Source: Bacteroidota bacterium
GTDB lineage: Bacteria; Bacteroidota; Bacteroidia; Palsa-948
Assembly: GCA_003164895.1 (NCBI GenBank)
Contig: PLUL01000071.1
Coordinates: 6,679-70,678 of the forward strand
DNA length: 64,000 bases
Reading direction: 5' to 3'
The position numbers and the translations under genes were made by a program. Below are positions 57,192 through 64,000 of this stretch, one piece after another (positions within the stretch are counted from its first letter, which is position 1; each line of letters starts with the position of its first letter). The notes beneath the pieces were generated by a model. That model saw nothing but the letters and a program-made list of their open reading frames with translations. It was not told the DNA's origin and did not search any database.

Positions 57192-58472
57192 ATGGAAGTA
57201 ATCGACAGAAAAAAAAGTCCATCCATCAACGAAATTAAAAAAGCGGAAATCATCCGTGCTGCTGAATTTCGTTTGAGAAATAATATTCCAGTTTACCATA
57301 TTAATGCAGGCACGCAGGATCTGGTAAAGATAGAACTGCTTTCCCCTGCGGGAATGTGGCAGCAGCCTTCGCCTCTTGTCGGTTCGGCAGCAAGTGCGAT
57401 GCTTCAGGAAGGAACTTCCAAGCGTTCTTCAAAAGAAATTGCGGAGATGGTGGATTACTACGGAGCTTTTCTGGAAACAAATATCACTCACGATTTTGCT
57501 TCGGTGGGAATTTATTCTCTCAATAAACATCTTCATGAAGTGCTTCCAATTGTTGAAGAGATTATTTCTGATTCTGTTTTTGGGCAAAACGAATGGGATG
57601 TGTATCTGGGGAATAAAAAGCAATCGTTCATTGTCAATGAAAAAAAAGTAAGTTTTGTTTCCCGTAAAAAATTTGCTGAACTTTTATTTGGAAACGAACA
57701 TCCTTACGGACACAATGTTTCTGAAAAAGATTTTGATGAGCTAAAAAAAGCAGATGCGTATAATTTTTACAAACAAACATATACTTCAAAGGATACCATT
57801 ATTGTTGCTTCGGGAAATGTGACGGATGCAACGCTGAAATTAATCGAGAAACATTTTGGCGGAATGAATTCGGGAGATAAAATTCAGCACGCAAAACCTG
57901 CAGATATAAAAGCAGCTAAAGGCGAACATTACATAGAGAAGAAAGATGCTCTTCAGTCTGCTATTCGAATTGGAAAAATACTTTTCACCAAACAACATCC
58001 GGATTATCCTGTCATGCTGGTGCTGAACACAATTTTTGGAGGATATTTCGGTTCACGTTTGATGGCGAATATTCGTGAGGATAAGGGTTACACTTATGGA
58101 ATCGGTTCAGCGATGGTTTCTTTCAGCAATGCCGGCTATTTCACCATCTCCACAGAAGTTGGAGCCGATGTTACAAAAGATGCGGTGAAAGAAATTTATT
58201 TTGAATTGAACAAAATTCAAACTGAAAAAATCTCTGACAGCGAACTGGCTTTGGTGCGCAACTATATGCTCGGCACTTTCCTCAGAAGCATTGATGGTCC
58301 TTTTGCTCTTGCTGATCGATTTAAAGGAATTCATTTCAACAATCTTGATTATAATTATTACGAGCGATATGTGGAAACCATCCGTTCAATCACCGCTGAA
58401 AAATTAATGAATCTCGCAAACAAGTACTGGAAAAAAGAAGAGATGATTGAGTTGGTTGTAGGAAAAAAGTGA
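57192..58472 (+). CDS. M16 family peptidase-like protein, non-catalytic-type subunit
   Basis: Same two-domain M16 fold length (426 aa), immediately downstream of the active M16 gene. Lacks the HxxEH motif. Confidence 0.8.
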   Translation: MEVIDRKKSPSINEIKKAEIIRAAEFRLRNNIPVYHINAGTQDLVKIELLSPAGMWQQPSPLVGSAASAMLQEGTSKRSSKEIAEMVDYYGAFLETNITHDFASVGIYSLNKHLHEVLPIVEEIISDSVFGQNEWDVYLGNKKQSFIVNEKKVSFVSRKKFAELLFGNEHPYGHNVSEKDFDELKKADAYNFYKQTYTSKDTIIVASGNVTDATLKLIEKHFGGMNSGDKIQHAKPADIKAAKGEHYIEKKDALQSAIRIGKILFTKQHPDYPVMLVLNTIFGGYFGSRLMANIREDKGYTYGIGSAMVSFSNAGYFTISTEVGADVTKDAVKEIYFELNKIQTEKISDSELALVRNYMLGTFLRSIDGPFALADRFKGIHFNNLDYNYYERYVETIRSITAEKLMNLANKYWKKEEMIELVVGKK

Positions 58473-58475
58473 GGA

Positions 58476-59093
58476 TTACAGTCGTTCAAAATAAAATCCT
58501 TCCTTTGAAAAATGCTCCAGAAATTTTGGCAGTACAAAAAATAAATTCTTCTTCGCTTTCAAACTGTCGTGAAAAACTACGATTGAACCTTCGCGGGTTT
58601 TACTCAGAACATTCTTCAGACATTTTTCTTCAGAAATAGTTTGATCGAAATCTCCGCTGAGAACATCCCACATTATAATTGAGAATTGAGAATTGAGGGT
58701 GGAAAATTGAGAGCGTTTCATTTTTCCATACGGAGGTCGAAAAAATTGTTGATGGGTATTACCCATTACTATTTTGCATCTCTTTATATTTTCAAGATAA
58801 TCTTTCGTCTTCGTTTTCCAACCGTTCAAATGGTTGCAAGTATGATTGCCAACAGAATGTCCTTCAGAAATTATTTGCAGAAATATTTCAGGATGCTTTT
58901 CAATGTTTGCTCCAACGCAGAAAAAAGTTGCTTTCGCATTGTATTCTTTTAGTGTGGAAAAAACCCATGGAGTTACTTCGGGAATTGGTCCGTCATCAAA
59001 AGTGAGAAATATATATTTTTCTTTCGTAGGGACACGCCAAATTGCCGATGAGTATAATTTTCTCATCAGCAAATTCGGGCGGACTGAATACAT
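58476..59093 (-). CDS. polysaccharide deacetylase (NodB homology domain) family protein
   Basis: FLTFDDGP (motif 1 with catalytic Asp-Asp), HSVGNHTCNH (His-His metal motif), and RPPYG. 205 aa. Confidence 0.85.
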   Translation of the reverse strand: MYSVRPNLLMRKLYSSAIWRVPTKEKYIFLTFDDGPIPEVTPWVFSTLKEYNAKATFFCVGANIEKHPEIFLQIISEGHSVGNHTCNHLNGWKTKTKDYLENIKRCKIVMGNTHQQFFRPPYGKMKRSQFSTLNSQFSIIMWDVLSGDFDQTISEEKCLKNVLSKTREGSIVVFHDSLKAKKNLFFVLPKFLEHFSKEGFYFERL

Positions 59094-59100
59094 CGAAAAA

Positions 59101-62100
59101 TTATTTCCTTCTCATTCTTGGCTGTTGCTGCTGCGGAGGAGCTGCAAGCGATTCATACTTTTTAAATCTGCCTTCAAAATCTTTTGCAAGCGCATCTGCA
59201 TTAAAACGATGAGCATCCGAAATTAGCTGCTGCATCAATTCTATGCGTTCATCCATATAAGATTGAAGAGCGCCCGATTCTTTTTTGCGAACAGAAAGCG
59301 CATACTCGGTATCTTCCTCCAGAATGTCGAAAAATCTTTTTGAAAGTTTTATCGCATCGTCTTTTCCATCTGCCATGTAAAATGCCTGAATCAAATAATA
59401 TGTGTAAGTGATCGGATCATAATAATATGGAATGTTTCTTTCAGGAAGTCCTTCCAATTCTTTTTTCAAAACTTTCATCGCGGCTTCTTTTTTTCCTTCC
59501 TGAATGAGCGACATGGCAAGTGTCCGCATCTGCATGCGCATTGTTAGTGCCATGCGAATATTATTCTCGTCCATCCACAATTCGTTTTTATCCAATCCGC
59601 CCCATTTAACTTTGTTCATCAGATTATCATACATGATTGAGGTGTTAACGCGTGGCTGACCGCTTTGTGTTTCGTAAGGAACCAATCGGTAAGCAAGACC
59701 TTCGATCTGAAAATGATTTTCAAGTCCGACAAATGCTTCCGGTCCAACCGTCACGGCAAAATAAACCGGACGGGTCCAATTATTTGCAGCGAGAATGTCA
59801 AGCACAAGCATATCATTTTTCATGATATAGCTTTTCTTGCCCATATCCCAATCAATAGAGGGAAGAATTTTAGGATGAGAGTTTGCATTCTGAATATCAC
59901 CTATCGGATTGGTGAGAGAATCTTTCTTGGCAATTTCTTTTGTAGCCGAATTATCAGCAACTTTTTGAATTGTATTCAAGAAATTTGCGGAGTCAACCGG
60001 CAAATGAAATTTTGTGGTTGGCAAATAATTTATTGGTTTTTCTCCCCAAGACATTTTTGCACGCTGGTCATCACTTCCCATGAATTGAACCATTTCTTTT
60101 AGGTCAACAAACTGGTCTTTCACTTCATCGCGCGGACGAACAGGAACAAAATCGTGATTGCCTTCAGCATATTCGTTTTGACCGAGCAAAAGTGGAATCG
60201 GTGCTGATTCATATTGCTGTCTTCTCAACTGATCAATGTACCAATCTGTGTTTGCAAGCGAAAGATTAATTACACGAACATCGGTTCGGATTCCTTCCAC
60301 TTCCTGAACATACCATAAAGGGAATGTGTCGTTATCTCCATTAGTAAACAGAATGGCATTCTTCGCACAAGAGTTGAGGTAAGCTGCCGCGAAATCACGC
60401 ATCGTGTAACGATTAGCACGAGTGTGATCGTTCCATTCTTCTTTTCCCATAAGTGCAGGAACGGCAAGAAAGCAAACTGTAGTCGTAAGAACTGCCCGCA
60501 TTTTTTCGTTCGACATTTTTGTACTGAGAAATTCAAAAATAGCAGCAACTCCCAAACCAATCCACATAGCGAATGCATACGTTGAACCCGCATACGCGTA
60601 ATCACGCTCACGAGGTTGAAACGGATATTGATTCAGATAAATTACAATGGCAAGTCCGGTAAGAATGAATGTAAGAAATACAACAAACCAATTTTCTTTA
60701 TCGCGCTTAAACTGAAAAATAAGTCCAATCAATCCTAGAATAAGCGGAAGGCAATATAATTTATTATTCGCTTTGCTTTGCGTTACACTTTCAGGAAGAT
60801 GGTCTTGTGGTCCAAGGCGCTGTTCATCTAAAAGAGGAATTCCGCTTATCCAGTTTCCTTCTATTCGGCTGGCAGGTTCAATTCCGTGACCTTGAACATC
60901 GTTCTGTCTTCCTGCATAGTTCCACATAAAATACCGCAAATACATATGCACGATCTGGTAATTCCAAAAATACGTTAGGTTTTCTCCAAACGTGGGTTTC
61001 ATTATTGTTTGGTATTCTCCTGTATTTGGACTTCTGGCTTTTATAGGGGTACCTTTTATATCTGCCCATGTTTTATAAGCACGTTCATGATTTCCCTGCT
61101 GGCTCCACATGCGCGGAAAATAAGTGCAAAAGCGTTTATCGTAATTCGGTATCTGATCTTTTCTATCATCTACAATTACATATTTTTTTGTTTTCAGATC
61201 ACGCGCATAAACAGGATTTCCATCTACATAATGCGGAGTCGGATCGTCTTTGTCAACATGGTAAAGCGGTGCCGCTGCCGGATCATCATCGTTTCCGTAA
61301 TAAAGCGGAGCATTATAATATTGCCCGTATCCAATTGGCCAATCGCCATATTGTTCACGATTCAAATAGGAAAGCAGGTTGATTGCATTCTCAGGAGCAT
61401 TTTCATTGATAGGAGTTTTTGCCTGTGAACGAATAATAAGAACAAAAAAAGACGAATATCCGATGAGCAAAGCAGTGAAAGAAAGCAGCGCAGTGTTCCA
61501 GAGCACTTTTTTCTTTTTCATTGTGTACATTAATCCCCATGTAAGTCCTCCGATAAGAACCATGAAATAAATTATTGTGCCTGAGTTAAAAGGCATTCCC
61601 ATTGAATTCACAAAGAACAATTCAAACTTTGCCGACAGAGAAACCACTCCAGGAATAATTACGCTTTGAACAATTCCAAGCATAAGAACAGAAATTATTC
61701 CGGTGATGATAAATCCATTTCTGGTCGGCTTGTATTTTTTGAAATAATAAATAAAAACAAAAACAGGAACAACTAAAATTCCCAGCAAGTGAACTCCGAT
61801 GGCGAGACCAAGCAAAAAGAAAGCAAGAACAATCCATCTGTCAGCATGCGGTTGGTCGGCTTTTTCTTCCCATTTCAAAACCGCCCAAAATATTACTGCG
61901 GTGAAGAAAGATGACATTGCATATACCTCGCCTTCCACTGCGGAAAACCAAAATGAATCTGAAAAACAATAAGCCATGGCTCCCACTATTCCGCTTCCAA
62001 GAACTGCATACATTTTTCCATCGGTGAATTCAGCACCACTTTTCAGAACTATTTTTTTTGCGAAATGTGTGATTGACCAGAACAGGAATAGAATAGTTGC

Positions 62101-62367
62101 GGCACTGCAAAGTCCAGACATGGTATTTACCATGATCGCCACTTTGCTTGTATCGCCCATAGCCAAAAGAGAAAATAATCTTCCAATCACAATAAACAAC
62201 GGAGCTCCGGGCGGATGCCCAACTTCTAATTTATAAGAACATGCAATATATTCACCGCAATCCCAATAGCTGGCAGTGGATTCAATGGTTAAGAGATAAA
62301 CGATTGCCGATGCGATAAAAACTGCCCAGCCAACGATGTTATTGTACTTCTGATACTTTTGATTCAC
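59101..62367 (-). CDS. DUF2723-type large polytopic membrane protein (PMT/GT-C-like putative glycosyltransferase with a large C-terminal periplasmic domain)
   Basis: 1088 aa. N-terminal ~330 aa polytopic with an early loop ESTASYWDCGEYIACSYKLEVGHPPGAPLF, then further TM segments and a ~500-aa soluble domain. The family name is recalled from this conserved N-terminal motif. Confidence 0.7.
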   Translation of the reverse strand: MNQKYQKYNNIVGWAVFIASAIVYLLTIESTASYWDCGEYIACSYKLEVGHPPGAPLFIVIGRLFSLLAMGDTSKVAIMVNTMSGLCSAATILFLFWSITHFAKKIVLKSGAEFTDGKMYAVLGSGIVGAMAYCFSDSFWFSAVEGEVYAMSSFFTAVIFWAVLKWEEKADQPHADRWIVLAFFLLGLAIGVHLLGILVVPVFVFIYYFKKYKPTRNGFIITGIISVLMLGIVQSVIIPGVVSLSAKFELFFVNSMGMPFNSGTIIYFMVLIGGLTWGLMYTMKKKKVLWNTALLSFTALLIGYSSFFVLIIRSQAKTPINENAPENAINLLSYLNREQYGDWPIGYGQYYNAPLYYGNDDDPAAAPLYHVDKDDPTPHYVDGNPVYARDLKTKKYVIVDDRKDQIPNYDKRFCTYFPRMWSQQGNHERAYKTWADIKGTPIKARSPNTGEYQTIMKPTFGENLTYFWNYQIVHMYLRYFMWNYAGRQNDVQGHGIEPASRIEGNWISGIPLLDEQRLGPQDHLPESVTQSKANNKLYCLPLILGLIGLIFQFKRDKENWFVVFLTFILTGLAIVIYLNQYPFQPRERDYAYAGSTYAFAMWIGLGVAAIFEFLSTKMSNEKMRAVLTTTVCFLAVPALMGKEEWNDHTRANRYTMRDFAAAYLNSCAKNAILFTNGDNDTFPLWYVQEVEGIRTDVRVINLSLANTDWYIDQLRRQQYESAPIPLLLGQNEYAEGNHDFVPVRPRDEVKDQFVDLKEMVQFMGSDDQRAKMSWGEKPINYLPTTKFHLPVDSANFLNTIQKVADNSATKEIAKKDSLTNPIGDIQNANSHPKILPSIDWDMGKKSYIMKNDMLVLDILAANNWTRPVYFAVTVGPEAFVGLENHFQIEGLAYRLVPYETQSGQPRVNTSIMYDNLMNKVKWGGLDKNELWMDENNIRMALTMRMQMRTLAMSLIQEGKKEAAMKVLKKELEGLPERNIPYYYDPITYTYYLIQAFYMADGKDDAIKLSKRFFDILEEDTEYALSVRKKESGALQSYMDERIELMQQLISDAHRFNADALAKDFEGRFKKYESLAAPPQQQQPRMRRK

Positions 62368-62535
62368 AGGAAAGAGATTTTAGTTTTTGGGTTTTCGTTG
62401 GCGAATGTATGAAATATTTTCTCGAAGGAATGGCGTTAACAAAAATTAACAGAAGAGAAATTATTCTACCGCAAGGTAAAAATCCGTTGGTTCAGGAATA
62501 TTTTTAATTTTGCTCCCCGTTCTTAAAAGTATGAT

Positions 62536-62611
62536 TGACCCATGGTGTAATTGGCAACACGACTGATTTTGGTTCAGTAGAGTCTAGGTTCGAGCCCTAG
62601 TGGGTCAACCA
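62536..62611 (+). tRNA. tRNA-Gln (anticodon UUG)
   Basis: Cloverleaf folded by hand. Acceptor TGACCCA / TGGGTCA (U1-A72, typical of bacterial tRNA-Gln). D-stem GTGT / ACAC with loop AATTGGCA. Anticodon stem ACTGA / TCAGT with loop TTTTGGT, giving anticodon TTG with U33 and G37. 5-nt variable loop. T-arm CTAGG-TTCGAGC-CCTAG. Discriminator A plus an encoded CCA. 76 nt. Confidence 0.85.
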
Positions 62612-64000
62612 AATAGGGGATGATGGTTTTTTAACCTCATCCCCTTTTTTATTTTTACCCTCCGCCTCCGCCAATTTCTTGTATTTAGCTATGAGAGAAT
62701 AAGGCGCAACTAAATTCATCTGGATTTTTTTATCCCTTAAAATTAGGTTCGAGCCGATTTTTTCGAGCAAAGATTTTTCACAGCAAAAATCTTTTGAAAA
62801 AGCGAGTGTTCCTGCAAGCTGTGCTGATTCTATCCAGTTTTTCATAGGTTCGAGCCGACTATTGCTCTTTTGCCCAAAGTCATCTTTTTGCTGTGAAAGA
62901 TTTGTTTTCAGCTTAATAAGTTCCTCTTTCTTTTTCAGATATATATCTTTTTCAATCGTCTCTTCAAGGAAAGCATTCACGAGTTTGTCTAATCTTTCTT
63001 CCGTGTCTTTAATTTTATTTTCAATGCTTTGGGCAAAAGAGATCAAGTTTTTTTGTTCTTCTCTTTCCAATTCTTCCACGTGGGCAAGCATCTCGTGTGC
63101 CCATCCATCCGGCAGGGCAACCGTTTTCAGCACGTCCCTTAATTGATTTTGCATTCGGTCTTCACGCAAATATCCTTGTGAACACTTACACTTTTTCTTT
63201 GTACATCGGTAGTAGCGGTAAGTGCCTCCATGCCCTTTTGCAAACTGAGCAGTTATGGAACAACCGCACTCACCGCACGTGAAGATTCCTGTTAATGCAA
63301 AATCATGTTTACTTTTTATTACTCTTGGTCTGGAACGAAGTTTAAATAATTTTTGGACGGCTTCAAAGGTTGCCCTGTCCACGATTGGTTCATATTTTCC
63401 CTCGAAAGATTCACCTTTGTATTTTATTATTCCTGTGTATAGCCAATTAGTAAATATCCAATGCATATGTGACAGACTTAATAAATTACCTGACTTACTT
63501 GCAATGCCAAAAAAACTCAGGCGTTGTCTTGCACTATCAAGAGAATGTTTTCCTTCGGCAAATTCTTTGAAAAGTTTTTTTATGACTTTTGATTTAACCG
63601 GATCGGGGTCTATGTTTCGTGTTTTAGGATTATTCAAATATCCGACTGGCGCTTTTCCAATCCACTCACCACGCCTGAGTTTTTGACGAACGCCCCGCTT
63701 TACATTCTCTGATAAATTGTCCGAGTAATATTTGCTTTGTCCAAAGGCAACTTGCAACATGAACAACCCCTGCGGTGTTGGTTCAAACCAAAAAGTAGAA
63801 AACTTTAGTCCGCAAATCTTTTTAAGGTCAATGAGGTAAATAATTTGCCCTCCGTCTATGGAATTGCGCGCGAGCCTGTCAGGATGCCAAGCTAATATAC
63901 TGACAGGCTCTTTGCTTGCATATATCTTCTCTATCATGCGGGCAAATTCTTTACGGCCCGGAATTTTTGCGCTTTTGCTTTCTATAAAAGTTTCTGCTAT
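62597..64000 (-). CDS. large serine recombinase (resolvase/invertase-type catalytic domain, recombinase domain, zinc-ribbon); N-terminus beyond the window end
   Basis: In-frame translation continues past the ORF-track Met to the window edge: ...IPGRKEFARMIEKIYASKEPVSILAWHPDRLARN is the serine-recombinase catalytic-domain motif. Downstream, a Cys cluster (FTCGECGCSITAQ...YRYYRCTKKKC) forms the zinc ribbon, followed by a C-terminal coiled coil. The 3' end, including the stop, overlaps the terminator and 3' end of tRNA-Gln. Confidence 0.85.
   Translation of the reverse strand: MAETFIESKSAKIPGRKEFARMIEKIYASKEPVSILAWHPDRLARNSIDGGQIIYLIDLKKICGLKFSTFWFEPTPQGLFMLQVAFGQSKYYSDNLSENVKRGVRQKLRRGEWIGKAPVGYLNNPKTRNIDPDPVKSKVIKKLFKEFAEGKHSLDSARQRLSFFGIASKSGNLLSLSHMHWIFTNWLYTGIIKYKGESFEGKYEPIVDRATFEAVQKLFKLRSRPRVIKSKHDFALTGIFTCGECGCSITAQFAKGHGGTYRYYRCTKKKCKCSQGYLREDRMQNQLRDVLKTVALPDGWAHEMLAHVEELEREEQKNLISFAQSIENKIKDTEERLDKLVNAFLEETIEKDIYLKKKEELIKLKTNLSQQKDDFGQKSNSRLEPMKNWIESAQLAGTLAFSKDFCCEKSLLEKIGSNLILRDKKIQMNLVAPYSLIAKYKKLAEAEGKNKKGDEVKKPSSPIWLTH
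62597..64000. mobile_element. left end of an integrated genetic element (serine-recombinase-mediated) inserted at the 3' end of tRNA-Gln; the rest lies outside the window
   Basis: The recombinase gene abuts and overlaps the tRNA 3' end, which is the classic tRNA-targeted island junction. Everything to the left is conserved housekeeping/core-like sequence. Confidence 0.5.
62615..62656 (+). terminator. Rho-independent terminator downstream of tRNA-Gln
   Basis: 9-bp stem AGGGGATGA / TCATCCCCT with a 13-nt loop, followed by TTTTTTATTTTT. Confidence 0.6.

Overview
This window is a 64-kb chromosomal segment from a low-GC Bacteroidetes-type genome. That assignment rests on many proteins carrying type IX secretion (T9SS) C-terminal sorting domains, PKD and SprB repeats, Fibrobacter-succinogenes-paralogous (FISUMP) domains, a GWxTD protein, and a TPR / DUF4292 / M23-peptidase gene trio. 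The window is densely coding and falls into blocks. (1) Two tandem Omp85-like outer-membrane barrel paralogs, then gpmI, an orphan histidine kinase and pepT. (2) Two giant minus-strand T9SS adhesins with PKD arrays and gliding-motility CTDs, 901 and 1319 aa; the first has a glycine-rich N-terminal domain. They are separated by a striking, exactly phased array of 19 x 21-bp GATC-containing iteron-like repeats. (3) A housekeeping block: Wzx-like flippase, dut, a nucleotidyltransferase, TPR / DUF4292 / M23, a PfkB kinase, a GWxTD protein, an RlmB-like methyltransferase, two GT39/ArnT-like membrane proteins, an M1 aminopeptidase, and a CDF transporter plus TonB-dependent receptor plus small His/Cys-rich protein. 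(4) An accessory T9SS cargo block: a 1059-aa protein with 10 tandem ~93-aa repeats; an M43-like metalloprotease homolog whose zinc-site Glu is replaced by Asn; an MBL-fold hydrolase; and a TPR-histidine kinase with a LuxR regulator and two FISUMP proteins, this 5.4-kb module being bracketed by 67-bp direct repeats. (5) More housekeeping genes: NfeD, lgt, mtaB, an ABC substrate-binding protein, an EEP nuclease, rhomboid, an M16 pair, a deacetylase and a DUF2723 protein. The window ends in a tRNA-Gln(UUG) whose 3' end is overlapped by a large serine recombinase gene running off the window, which is the left boundary of an integrated mobile element. All calls come from reading the ORF translations and the DNA by eye. 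No database searches were run.
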